Shown piece by piece: positions 27,558 through 40,208 of a DNA stretch of 64,000 nucleotides; within the stretch, counting starts at the first letter, position 1; each line of letters opens with the position of its first letter. The position numbers and the translations under genes were made by a program. Under the pieces are notes generated by a model, which had not been told where the DNA came from, ran no database searches, and was given only the letters and a program-made list of their open reading frames with translations. Origin of the DNA: Felis catus (Eukaryota); NCBI RefSeq assembly GCF_018350175.1, contig NC_058368.1, positions 149,794,001-149,858,000 of the forward strand. Direction: 5' to 3'.

Positions 27558-27618
27558 TTTTTTTTTTAAGTTTATTTATTTATTTGAGGGAGACATAAAC
27601 AGCATGAGTTGGGGAGGA

Positions 27619-27672
<54 letters not shown>

Positions 27673-27795
27673 AGAATCTTAAGCAGGCTCCGCACTGACA
27701 GTGCAGAGCCTGATGTGGGACTCAAACCCACCAAACTGTGAGATCATGACTTGAGCTGAAACCAAGAGTTGGATGCTCAACCAACTGAGCCACCC
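27558..27795 (-). mobile_element. Can-SINE (second of tandem pair), long (GA)n
   Basis: Flanked by ttcacttt. Confidence 0.88.
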
Positions 27796-29741
27796 TGTAT
27801 TTCACTTTAAGATGTAACATGCATATGGAGTTGATTTTGTGTATGTCTGTGTTTTTCTATATATGCATATCCTGTTGACCCAGCAGCATTTTAAAAACAA
27901 AAAAAATCTTTTTCAGGTTTATCATTGTCATAAATTAACAGCAGTCTATGAGTCAGTCTGTTACATCTCAGTTCTTTCCCTTTCATTTACTTTATCTTTG
28001 CAGTAAATTTTGATAAATGATTGCATAACTAGTTTTTCTGTCAAACCTACAGAAAATTTTCCTTTTTATTATTGAAATTGACAGTTTATGACTTTTTTCT
28101 TCTGTCTTGTAAAATCCTGAGTTTTATTTATCTTTTCAAAAATCAACTTTTGATTTTTCTTCTGAAGTTTTATGTTGTGTCTTTGTTTTGATTTTATTCC
28201 GTTCTTTTCTACTTTGTTTTTTTTTGCCTTTTTTCACATACAACTTTTCATTCTTTAGCTAGTTTTGTGAGGTAGATACTTAAATAATTATTGTTCATTT
28301 TCTTAACTTAAGCATTTAAGGTCACATATTTCGCTCCAAGTGTAGCTTCAGCTGCGTGTTACTCATAACTTTTATATGTCCTTTCTTCATTAGCATTCAT
28401 TTAAATACTTGGTTTTCCATTGTGATTTCTTCTTTGATTCAAGAGTTAATTTCCTTATAGTTGCTTAATTTCCAAATAGTTGTTAATAGGTTTTGTTTTT
28501 TATTTGTTGATTTGGTTTAATGATTATTTGACTAATTCCATTGAGGCCAGAAAACATAGTTTGATTTCAGTCCTTTGAAATGAGGCTTTTTTTTTTTTTT
28601 CTTGATTCAGCCTGTGGCAGTTTTGATAAATGTACCATGTTCATTTGAAAGGAATATATATTATTTTGTTACTCAATACAGTTTTGTATAGGGCATTCGA
28701 TTATACTTACGGATCTTGGTCATATCTTTGTATTTACTGATTTTTTTCCCTTCATTTACTTCTTTTATCATTTATTAAAATAAGGAAGTTTGTGCAAAGT
28801 TCCCAACCTACAGTGGTGTATATTTTGTTGTTAGTTTTTGGGTGCTTATGCATTGTTATCTTAGCTTAAATTCCTGGTGAATTGGTCCCTTTATTATTAT
28901 AAATGCCCTGACTATCTCTAATAACAAAAATCTAGTTTGGCTGGCACCTTTTCTTTTCTTCTCTTTTTTCTTTTTTTTTTTTTTTTTTGATTAGTGCTAG
29001 CATGGTATAACCTTTTCTTTCCTTTTACTCTCGACCTTTTTGTGTTCTTTTATTTAAGATGTATCTCTCATAGTGTGTTTTATTTTTTATCCATTCTGAC
29101 AATCTTGATCTTTTAGTGGTTGCCTTAGAGATTACAACACATATTGACTTACTGCAGTGTACTGAAAATATTTACTTTTACCACTTCCCTAACAATGCTA
29201 AGAACTTAGAACACTTGAACTCTACTTAAACTCCTTCACTTTTGAACTGTTGTCCTGAATTTTCATTGTACGCATGGTTTAATATTTAGTAGAAATTATT
29301 GGTTTATATGGTCAATGTTTATTTAGATTTACCTTCTTTATACTGCATTTCCAGGTTTTTCTGTGGGAACGTTTTTTCTTGTTTTTTTCTTTTTCTTTCT
29401 TTTTTTCTTTTTCTTTTTTTGCCTATAGAACTTCTTTTAGTATTTCTTTTGGTAAACATCTGTCAAAATATTTACTTTCTGTTTATCTGAAAATATGTTT
29501 GTTTTTGCTTTTGAAGCAAAATATTATTTTGGGGCATAAAATTCTAGGATTGCAGTTATTTTCCTATGTGAAGATAATTTCGTTCTCTCGTCCTTCAAGT
29601 ATTTCTCTTGAAAAGTCAGCAAAGATTTTATTGTTATTTCTTTGAAGATAATGCATTTTTCTTCTGACTGCTCTTAAAATGTAGTCTTTGTTTTGTAGTA
29701 TCTTTATTATGTGCCTATATGTGACATGGCTTGGCCGGCCT

Positions 29742-29800
29742 CCCTCCTTTCCTTCCTTCCTTCCTTCCTTTCTTCCTTCCTTCCTTCCTTCCTTCCTTCC
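29742..29800. repeat. (CCTT)n microsatellite
   Basis: Direct reading. Confidence 0.9.
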
Positions 29801-30032
29801 AAATATTCAAGCTTCCTGAGCTGCTTGAATATTTGGGTTGATATCTTTCCTTGGGTTTGAAAAATTCCTGGCCATTTTCTCTTCAGATTTTGCATTTGTT
29901 CCATTCTCTTTCACTCCTCAGAGACTCCACATGCATGTTAATCACTTAAAAAAAAAAAATCTGTCCCACTCATCTTTTATGCTCTGTTCTGTATTTTCTA
30001 TTCCTCTATTCTTTTTATGCTTCATAAGTTCG

Positions 30033-30253
30033 TTTATTTATTTTTTTTTTTTAGTTTTTATTTATTTATTTATTTTGAGAGAGACAGAGAGTGTGCACAG
30101 GAGGGGCAGAGAGGGAGAGAGAATCCCAAAGCAGCTTCTGAACTGTCAGTGCAGAGCCGGAGGCGGGGCTCAAACCCACCAAACGTGAGATCATGACCTG
30201 AGCTGAAATCAAGAGTTGGATGGATTAAGTAACTGAGCCACCCAGGAACCCCC
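30033..30253 (-). mobile_element. Can-SINE
   Basis: Typical body ending gagccacccaggaacccc. Confidence 0.85.
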
Positions 30254-31469
30254 TCTTTTTGTGGTTCAGTAAGGATATTTTCTCTGTAAGCTACTCATTT
30301 ATTAGCTTCTTAAAAATATTCCTAATCTGATGTTGATCTCGTATGTAGTTCTTAATTTTGTTAATTTGCTTTTTAATCTTACCAATTTTATGGTTAAATT
30401 CCACCTTTTTATTTATTTTGTCTTTTCCTATATTTTCTTGAGTCGCTACTGTCTCTATTAATTTCAGATTTATTTACCTGTGGGTCTGAAATTGGTAATT
30501 TGTGGCTTTTTTTTTTCTTTTGTTCAGTTTTTCTAGAGTCTGTTGATCTTATTAATCTAAGAAACAGCTTTTGCTTTGTGTCTGAAGTTTTATATTTGTT
30601 TTTGTTGTTTTTTGTTTGTTTTCTATTGGGTTCTGTCTCAGCATGTGCCGTTAATTTTTAATTAAATGCAGGACATGTTAACATTTTATAGGGAATCTGA
30701 GTGGCAATTTGCTCACCCTTTCTTCTAAACAGATAGAATGCAGTCTAATCACTTTAATCACAACATTTTAAATACTGCATTTTGCTTTGCAGAGTCTTTG
30801 CTAGATTTCTTCTAGCTTCAGAATTTAGTAATTATCTTTAGAGGGGAATTAGTTCAGTTTATCCTTCAGTTCCTCTGTCTCCTCTCTATGATAGGAATCC
30901 TGGCTCTTTGTCTCTCATATGTGTTTTACCAGCTTTGTGAGACCATCAAAAGCTCTGCTGGATTCTTTTCCTTCCAGTAGGACCCAGGCAGAAGACCTGG
31001 GTTGTTTGCTTGTTTTCTCAGCCTCTTTGTGACCACAATTGGGAAATACTCTGAGGGAAAAAGTGTGGCTGCCGATGGCGTTCTTCTTCCTGTGAAATTT
31101 GGGCTCCTGACATTGTAACTGCCTCAGGAACTCTGGGATGATTTCAAATGGACAAACTTCTTTTTTTCTTTTTCTTGTATTTCATTTGCTTATTCTGCTG
31201 TAAGCAATGTTATAAGTATTGCATGAATACTTCTTGTGAAATAAACAAATACCAAATAATACAGGAAAAAGTCTCTGCTCCCTCATACCTCCTTTGTTTT
31301 ATTATCTTATTAGTAACCATTGCTATTATTTATGTATATATGTTTGCTCATAAATATATACATGTATATAACATATATGTGATTGTTATGAGTGTTAAGA
31401 TTAAGTTTTCCAGTAGGCAATTTATATTTGTTATGTGGGGGGAAATGTGATGTGTATAAGAAAAATATG

Positions 31470-31830
31470 TATAAAGACAAATACCATTTGATTTCACTGA
31501 TAAGTGGAATCTCAAAAACAAAATACATATAAAAAAAAGCAGACCCATAAATAGAGAAAAAAGTGGTAGTTGCCAGAGGGGCAGTGGGTGGGAGTATGGG
31601 CAAATGGGTGAAGTGGAGTGGAAATGGAGGCTTCCAGTTATGGAATCAGTAAGTCAGGGGGGATGAAAGGTACAGCATAGGGAATATAGTCAGCGGTATT
31701 ATGATAGCATTGGATGGTGACAGGTGGTAGCTACATCTGTGGTGAGCGTAGCATAATGTATAGTTGAATTACTATTCTGTACACCTCCAGTGTATCAACT
31801 AAACTTCAGTGAAAACAAATGTAAATAAAT
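31470..31830 (+). mobile_element. L1 3' end (carnivore/L1MA9-like)
   Basis: aaagacaaatacca...gtggaatct...ggcttccagttatggaat...ggtagctac, A-rich end. Confidence 0.75.
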
Positions 31831-32168
31831 AAGGGATAAAATTATTCTACTACTGGCTGTCAATTCTCTCATTATGGTTTCTAAGGTCAACTGTTTACCA
31901 CTTTTTAAATATACTTATTTATTTAACAGATACATTTTTCAGAACCTGCCTTTTACCAGCCACTGTTCTAAATGCTTTGGGATAAATAAACAAACATGAA
32001 GATAGCTTCCCCTTTGGAGGTTACATTTTGCTAGAAGTAGGAAGATAATAAATCTAATAAATAAGTTGTGCAAAATGTTAGATGTAATAGTGCTAAGACA
32101 AAAAAAAAGGAGGGAAAAGTTGGTCAGGATAAAGTGGTATTGCTGATGTTAGAAGGGAAGGTGTAATT

Positions 32169-32384
32169 AAAAAAAAATTTTTTAACGTTTCTTTATTTTT
32201 GAGAAACAGACACAGAATGTGAGCATGGGAGGGGCAGAGAGAAAGGGAGACACGGAATCCAAAGCCGGCTCCAGGCTCTGAGCTATGAGCACAGAGCCAG
32301 ACCCTGGGCTCAAACTCACAAACTGCGAGGTCATGGCCTGAGCCTAAATTGAAAGCTTAACAGACTGAGCTACCCACGTGTACC
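32169..32384 (-). mobile_element. Can-SINE
   Basis: TSD gaaggtgtaatt. Confidence 0.88.
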
Positions 32385-33399
32385 AGAGAAGGTGTAATTT
32401 TAAATAGGGTGGTCCGAATAGGAGTCATTGAGGAGATTTTTTTGTGTATTCTTTTAAGTAGCAATGTAATTTTCAATCGGATGTGTCTAATTTATTTAGT
32501 CAGATCTCTAGCCATTAAATAATTCAATTTTATGTAATCATAATATTGTACACAGCTACTGTGATGATCCTTGTTTGTTATGTGAACAAATATGTACATT
32601 TAATATTTTGCTTTACTTTTATATTAACAGAATCATTATGATGTAAAATCTCAATCATCTTTGTGTATATTTTTTTCTTTTTTGGCTTCTTTGAATATAG
32701 ATTGCCATCTATCTAAATTTATATATAAAACTATAGTTTTTATAGTTTCATTTTTTAAATAATTTATCTGGCGTTTAATTTGGTATTATTTAACAATCTA
32801 AGTTGATTATTTCCAAACACCCAATTGATTGTTGTAGGACTATTTATGGAATACTTTTTGTGCTGTGCCTTCCATTATATAATTACATTTTTAACGTGAT
32901 GGGGCCTTTTCTGGAATTGATGTGTGCATAGTAGTTGAAAGATGTGCGGCTGGTTGGGTACCTGGAGAGAAAGCTTTAGCGGGGGAGGGAGGGGGGGGAG
33001 AGAAGAAGAAGCAGGTGTATGTGATGTTTTGACTAGAGGAAAGACTTATGTTGTTGGCTGTGTCAAGTAATGTCAAGGAGTTTACCGATTTTGAAGATCA
33101 ATTAAATTTTAGTTGGCTGGCTTGAAGTTCATTTCTCTGTGCAGAACTTAAGAGTTATCTGTAAGATTAACTGAAGAATTACTGAAAGTATGTTAAAGGT
33201 AAGGAACATAGCAAACCATTAAGTAGAAACAGGAATTTTAAAAGAATTTCAAAGAATTCTCTAAGCCTGTTATTCAACTAAAGAAAAATTAATCTAGAGA
33301 GAATAGAGTTGATCATCAAAATATTAGTAAGCAGAAGAAACATGTCAAAGCTAGGAAGTTAAAACATCTTAAACGTATCAGTAAAATGTAATAATGTTT

Positions 33400-34014
33400 G
33401 AATAAATAAATTATTTGGAAATAATTTTATTATTTATTTTATTTATATATGTAATATATATTATTTATATATAATATATATATTATTATATAATTATAAT
33501 TATATTTATATAATATAATATAATTATATTTATATAATATATATAATATATAATATAATATATAATATATATTTATATTATATATATAATTATAATTATA
33601 ATTATAATTATAATTATATATATAATATATATAATATATATAATTATAATTATAATTATATAATATAAATATATATTATATATATATTATATATATAATA
33701 TATATAATATATATTTATATTATATAATTATATAATATATATTATTTATATAAATATTATTTATTTATTATTTATTAATATTTATTTATATATAATTATA
33801 TATATTCTATATATAATATATATAGAATATATATAATTATAATTATATAATTAAATATATATTATATATAATATATAATATATATTTTATTATATAATTA
33901 TAATTATAATTATGTAATATATATATTATTTATATAAATAATAATTTTATTATTATTTATTTATTCCAAATAAAATTATTTGGAAATAAATTTATTTGGA
34001 AATAAATTATTTGG
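33400..34014. repeat. AT-only low-complexity tract with internal inverted repeats
   Basis: About 540 nt almost devoid of G/C, flanked by repeated ttatttgg; perfect palindrome at 33791-33841. Confidence 0.95.
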
Positions 34015-34497
34015 TACTTGAAAATGGAGGTGATCTTATTTAAAAACAATGAACCAAATGTTCATAACTAATGGAGACTGAGTGGGCTTGGCATAAGGAA
34101 ATAGAAAGTAATTAAAATTGTAGTTATACTGGTGATGACCTTGTTTTCTATAGAACAGCTGAGGTTGTTCAGGAAAGAGGTTGGAATAGCTTCCCTGGAA
34201 TTGATGGCTTCTTCTAGTCTGCTTTGATGAGGTGTTGGTTCTGAACCCTACGGTTCCTTGAGACCCTTTCAAGAGATCTGTAAAGTTAAAATGGTTTTCA
34301 TAACACTAAGCCATTATTTCCACTTTGTTGACACATTTGCACTGATGGTGCAATGCAGAGCAATGTGAGGTAGAATTTCTGGCACGTCAGTGTAAATTGA
34401 TGCAGTGGCACCAGACTGTACCATTAGTCATTGTATTTGTCACTGCTGTATATTGGCCAAACAAACAAAACTGGTTTCAGTTAAGAATGGTTTAATG

Positions 34498-35122
34498 CAT
34501 GGGAATGTAAGCTGGTGCAGCCACTCTGGAAAACAGAATGGAGGTTCCTCAAAAACCTAAAAATAGAACTACCCTATGGCCCAGCAATTTCACTACTAGG
34601 CATTTAACCAAGGGCTACAGGTGTGCTGTTTCGAAGGGACACATGCACCCCCATGTTTATAGCAGCACTATCAACAATAGCCAAAGTATGGAAAGAGCCC
34701 AAATGTCCATCGATGGGTGAATGGATAAACAAGATGTGGTACATACATACAATGGAGTATTACTTGGCAGTCAAAAAGAATGAAATCTTGCCATTTGCAA
34801 CTCCGTGGATGGAACTGGAAGGTATTATGCTAAGTGAAATTAGAGAAAGACAAAAATCATATGACTTCACTCATATGACTTTAAGAGGCAAAATATATGA
34901 ACATAAGGGAAGAGAAACAAAAATTATATAAAAACAGGGAGGGGGACAAAACAGAAGAGACTCATAAATATAGCGAACAAACTGAGGGTTACTGGGGGGT
35001 TGTGGGAGGGGGAATGGGCTAAATGGGTAAGGGGCACTAAGGAATCTACTCCTGAAATCATTGTTGTACTATATGCTAATTTGGATGTAAATTTAAAAAA
35101 ATAAAAAATAAGTTAAAAAAAA
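34498..35122 (+). mobile_element. Felid L1 3' end, 5'-truncated
   Basis: ORF2 C-terminus TCTPMFIAALSTIAKVWKEPKCP, 3'UTR, A tail; perfect TSD aagaatggtttaatg (34483-97, 35123-37). Confidence 0.92.
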
Positions 35123-35139
35123 AAGAATGGTTTAATGTA

Positions 35140-35363
35140 GGGGTACCTGGGTGGCTCAGTCACTTAAGTGTCCAACTTTTGCTCAGGTCATGATCTCCTG
35201 GTTCGTGAGTTTAGGTTTGTGAGTTTGAGCCTTGAGTTGGCCTCTGTGCTAACAGCTCAGAGCCTGGAAGTCTGCTTCAGATTCTATCTCCCTCCTTCTG
35301 CCCGCCCCCCAACTTGCACTGTGTCTCTCTCTCAAAAATAAATAAACATTAGGAAAAAAAAAA
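35140..35363 (+). mobile_element. Can-SINE, sense
   Basis: ggggtacctgggtggctcag...; TSD aagaatgg(t/c)ttaatgta. Confidence 0.9.
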
Positions 35364-35784
35364 TAAGAATGGCTTAATGTAGCAGTAAAAATTATTAAGT
35401 TGCAGTCTTTGTATATATGTTTTTTTAATATTTTGTGTTGTGAAATTGAAAATATACATAATACTGTATTTCTGAGTACATTGTCTTAAGGAAAAGCAGT
35501 GTGTGATTTTTTGAGTTGAGAGCTGAACTACCTGCTGCCTTTATGACATCCTATTTTTATTATAAAGGACAACAAACTATAATTCAGAATTGATTACTTA
35601 ACAGATGTTTTCTTGAAAAAGAACAAAGTGAGTCTGTCACTTTAAGGAAAATAACTGGAAATATTTGGTTCTTTCAAGCAAAATTTGAGCTTTTAAGTAA
35701 AAATTAGAATTTTCAGAATCTTGTATCTGCGAGTTTGAGAATTTTGCAGATACTTAATGATTTTTATGATGATCTTGATGGTGG

Positions 35785-36350
35785 TTGTTTGAGGTCCCTA
35801 AAACCTCAGGTTTAGTGATTTTCTTAAAGGACTAACAGAGCTCAGCAAAGCTGTTAAACTCATAGTAACCATTTATTATAGCAAAAGGATACACATTAAA
35901 GTCAGCTAAGGAAGAAAGTGTATAGGTCAGAGTCCAGAAGAGACTAGATGTAGGCTTCTAGTTGTCCCCTTTCACTGGAGTCATATAGACAGTGCTTAAT
36001 TCTCCCAACAGCAGTGTGTGACACCATCAGTCACTCAGGAAAGCTCACCTGAGTCTTGGTGTCCAGAATTTTTATTAAGGGTTGATTCTATAGGTCTGGA
36101 GCCCCACTGTGGCTGACCTTAGTTACTCCATCCGTTTGATTCCAGAAGCCAAAGTGATACTATATGGACCAGGGTCCACACCATAAATCACATTGTTACC
36201 ATAAATATCTAGCGTGGCCCAAGGTTCTCAGTAAACAAAGACACTCTTTTTGGGCAGGATATTTCAGAGGCTTCGAGGTTATCTCCCAGGAACCAGGCAA
36301 GGGCCAGACATGCATACTTTGCACAACCCTCAAGTGTACTTTCTGTCTAG
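35785..36350. mobile_element. ERVL LTR (MER21C/MER77-like) inserted in Charlie
   Basis: agctcagcaaagctgtt..tttattatagcaaaaggatacacattaaa..gaaagctcacctgagtcttggtgtccaga; Charlie sequence resumes at gtggtgatat. Confidence 0.65.
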
Positions 36351-37444
36351 TGGTGATATAAAGAATGTGATGTTTTGATATTATAAAATATGTTGAAACT
36401 TGGAAGACTGTCCTAGCTCGGTGAACTAATATTGCAAGTGACTGTTACATGATGCTGCAAAATATTCACGAGTAAATGATAGAGCAATGGATTTTAATGG
36501 AGTGGAGTATAGAACACTTATAGGCATGGTTAGATACTATATTCGTCTAACTTATAAGTAACCTCATTAAGTAACGGTCTGCATATACTATGAACCACAG
36601 CAATAGCAGCCACTAATTAAATGTAGAAACATGTATGAGTATTCAGATAATGTTCTCAGTTTCGTTTCTAATACAACTAATATTGATGTATATATAACAC
36701 ACATAAACAAATTTTGTTTGGGTCCAGTAGTTTTTTTAAAAATGTGAAAGAATCTAGAGATCAAAAAGCTGGTCTAGAGGTAATAAAAGGGTGAGATGAA
36801 CAGACAAAGGGAAGAGTAGGCTTGTTCCTGGGATCTCAGAACTGGAATCAGGGATTTGAATGCAATCCTGACTCTACATTTCCCTCTGTTTTGCCCTGTC
36901 AACTCACTCTTCCAAGTGATGGGAAATTTAGCAAACACACACAAATCCTTTTTTTTTTTTTTTTTTTTTTTTGACCATGCATCCTATATAGCTTATGCTA
37001 TCAGAGAACTGACTCTTTTTCAGTTCCAGTGTGAACAGAATATTTGAACATAGAGTTTGATTCTTTTTGGTTCACTCACCTTGGAATGTCCTTCAAATTA
37101 AATGAAAGCTTCTCCAGAAACCATGATGTTGAAAGACCTCCCAGAGAGGGCGTGGGAGTCTTTTCCCCAAATGGGATGGCTGCTGAACAGGCAACTTCCA
37201 AATCAGCATCTTTGAGTTTCAGTAAGTTGGGTAGATAACAGATATTGTGAGAATTCAAAGTAAAGGTGTTTAGGGGGCCTAGGTGCTGGAACACCATGTT
37301 CATAAATAAGTACAGAATCATGTTGCATCTCTTACTAATGGCTAACAGGCAAAAGCTTCCTTTAAAAAATCTAGTGTTTTCAATGAAGTATGCTATCTTC
37401 AGGGATATTCAGAGAACATACTTTCAGAGAAGTATACTTACTTT

Positions 37445-37760
37445 CTGGTTGACCCTTGAACAACACAGGTTTGAGCTGCACAGATTAACGTACATGTGGA
37501 TTTTTTCAATAAATACAGCATATAGTACTGTAAATGTTTTTTTCTCTTCCCTAGGATTTTCTGAATAACATTTTTTTTATTATAAGAACACAATATAGAA
37601 TACACACAACATATAAAATATTGTTTAATTGGCTATGTTATCAGTAAGGCTTGAAAAGTAAACTATTAGTAGTTAAATATTGGGGGGGTCAAAAGTTATA
37701 TGCAGATTTTCCATTGTGTGGGGTTGGTACACCTAACCCCTGATTATTCAGAGCCAACTG
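37445..37760 (+). mobile_element. Tigger2a-like DNA transposon
   Basis: gttgacccttgaacaacacaggtttgagctgc ... ttcagagccaactg followed by TA. Confidence 0.8.
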
Positions 37761-38035
37761 TATAGAGTACTGTTTGATATCTAATGTTAGAATGCTTGAT
37801 ATGGCCAAGGATTGAACAATTGTTCCTGGTATTATTACATGTTATGTACTATTAAATAGTACCTTATGTATTATTAAGTGAGAAACAACTTGAGAATAAC
37901 AGTCTTGTTTTCCATAGTTTTCATATAGGAGTACTGAAGCAAATTAAATACTTACCAGCAATTATGGTTATTTGTTTTGCTTGAGAAACAGTGTTGATGC
38001 AAGATAAAATACACTCTGGGGGGGGGGGGATCCTA

Positions 38036-38243
38036 ATTTTTTTTAATGGTTTATCTTATTTTTTGAGAGACAGACAAGTGTGAGCAGGGGAGGGGCAGAG
38101 AGAGGAGACATAGAATCCAAAGCAGGCTCCAGGCTCTGAGCTGTCAGCACAGAGTCCAATGCAGGGCTTGAACCCATGAGCATGAGATCATGACCTGAGC
38201 CGAAGTTGGATGCTCAACCTACTGAACCATTCATGTGCTCCCC
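38036..38243 (-). mobile_element. Can-SINE
   Basis: TSD cctaatttt. Confidence 0.88.
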
Positions 38244-38450
38244 CAAACCCCTAATTTTAATAAATCAATAGATTGATCCTTTGATTTCTGTTAATGTAAA
38301 TACAGAATTTTAATCAAAATTTTCTGTAGTTTCTTAGATAATTTATTTGTAATTTATTTGTAATTCATTGAAACTTAGCAAAAATTGGGATAGTAGACAT
38401 TGAAATCTATCAAAGTAATATATTTTATTTTATTTTTTTTTACTAAAACC

Positions 38451-38659
38451 TTTTTTAATGTTTATTTTTGAGAGAGAGCGAGAGCGAGCTAGCGAGCGCG
38501 GGGGAGGGGCAGAGAGAGAGAGGGAGACACAGAATACGAAGCAGCCTACAGACTCTGATATGTCAGTCCAGAATCTGACATGGGTCGGAACCTGTGAACC
38601 TCGAGATCATGACCTGATCCGAAATTGGTTGCTCAACTGACTGAGCCATCCAGGTGTCC
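38451..38659 (-). mobile_element. Can-SINE
   Basis: Typical body ending gagccatccaggtgtcc. Confidence 0.85.
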
Positions 38660-40023
38660 TGCTAATACATTTTAAACTGACATTTTGTGGATAGATTTCA
38701 GAGAGCTATTAATGTTTAATTTCTTTGTGCAAGAATGCCTTGAGACCAGATCTGTTTATTTGAAGAGACAAGCTAAAAGAGTATAAATTTAAAACCAGTA
38801 TGAGGAATAATTATTAGCTTGTGCCTTGCTCTCCTGCCTTTAACAAACACCCTCTAAGGTATCATTGTTCTGGCCATGGTACCTGGAAAACAGTTCTTTC
38901 TTTAGATAGTTACTATGGTTATGCTGTTGAGGGCCTTTTGGTTTCATAATGAACTTGAAGAAATGTAAGATACCATAGTGGAAAAAAATAGCTTTTTAAA
39001 AGTCAACGGATAGCTAATTCTCATTTCTAGGTAAGCAATAGACAAATGTTAAGTTTGATAATGATGAACATACTTCAAAACTTAAACCCCTTTTCTTTTT
39101 TGTCTTTCTCTAAATTCCGTATCTCTCTCTCAAAGATAGACTGGAGCCTTTTGTGGTGGCCTTTGAATGCCATGTTGAATAGTTTGTCCCTCATTTGCTA
39201 ATGGATAGCCATTTGTAGACTTCTAAGTTATTAGAGTAAAATGATTAAGCCTATGGTTTAGGAAGAGCCTACCAGGAAGATGGATCTTCCCACAGTTGTA
39301 GGAAGAACAGTGTGAGAAGAAAAGAGGGCTTGGAGTATTCGAGGAGGGAATGGAAAACTGGAGAATAATTTGTATATTGCAACTCCATTGATGTTGATGT
39401 GATCTACAAATTGGCACTAGTTTTATGGCTAGAGTGATAGGAAGGAATCAAAGTTAGTTTTGAAGTTTTGAGTCTGAATGTTAGGAAGGATGCTGGTGCC
39501 ATTAACAGTATAGAGAAACAAGAGGAAGAGGTGTGTCTGTGTTTGTGCATACGTGTTGGTAAGGGTTATTGCTAATTTTTTTAGATTTGGCTGTATTGAC
39601 CTTATGTTGAAGATTTTAGGTGCTTGTTAGGCCTGATGCTTAGGAAGAAAACGAGCTTTAGTGAGAAGAATTTGGGAATCATTCTCATAGTAGTTACAGT
39701 TTGAGCTGGCACGGAAGGACTGATATTTCCATGAGTAAGAATAAATAGAGAATAGAAAATTCTGAGGGAAAAAAAATTCATGGAAAGTGCTTCTAGAATG
39801 ACCTTTGGCTACATAATCTTTCCACCCTTTTTTTTTTTTAAAGTTACATAGGAAAAAACTCCTTGAGAAAGTGCAGAGAGAGAGGTGCTTACAATGTAGT
39901 AGGTGCTTTAAAAATGCTTGAGTGAATAAACGTAATTTGGTTGGGAGATAGGGGTTTGAGCTGTGGTATAATGGTATAATGCCCCCCCCCATAGGGTTAT
40001 TGCTGGGACCAGATTATAAAGAT

Positions 40024-40208
40024 TTTTTTAAGGTTATTTATTTATATTTAGAAAGAGAGAGAGAGAACAGGGAGGGGCAGAGAGAGAGAGGGAGAGAGAA
40101 TCCCATGCAGGCTCTGTGCTGTTGTTAGTAGTTTCACCAACCATGAGATCATGACCTGAGCTGAGATCAAGAGTTGGACACTTAACTGACTGAGCCACCC
40201 AGGTGCCC
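40024..40208 (-). mobile_element. Can-SINE (internal deletion)
   Basis: TSD accagatta. Confidence 0.85.

Larger units (their letters stand above)
25750..31150 (-). mobile_element. Old decayed L1 (L1ME-type) with multiple nested SINEs
   Basis: gagatttatccatgttgttacatgtagcaatagttc, agaattgctggatcata; T-rich antisense L1 composition. Confidence 0.65.
34230..36771 (+). mobile_element. Charlie1a-like hAT element split by L1, SINE and LTR insertions
   Basis: Colinear homology to 51125-52578 (cactgatggt, gagttgagagctga, ggaaataactgg, aaaatttgagctt, ggtgatat..aagaatgtgatgttttgat); right end followed by gtctagag. Confidence 0.8.

Noticed and set aside
32980..33000. G-run cluster as a G-quadruplex
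   Set aside because: Only three clearly separate G tracts, with no supporting context.
33400..34014. CRISPR-like or organellar (numt) origin of the AT tract
   Set aside because: No repeat-spacer periodicity and no mitochondrial gene similarity; explained as low-complexity, self-templated sequence.
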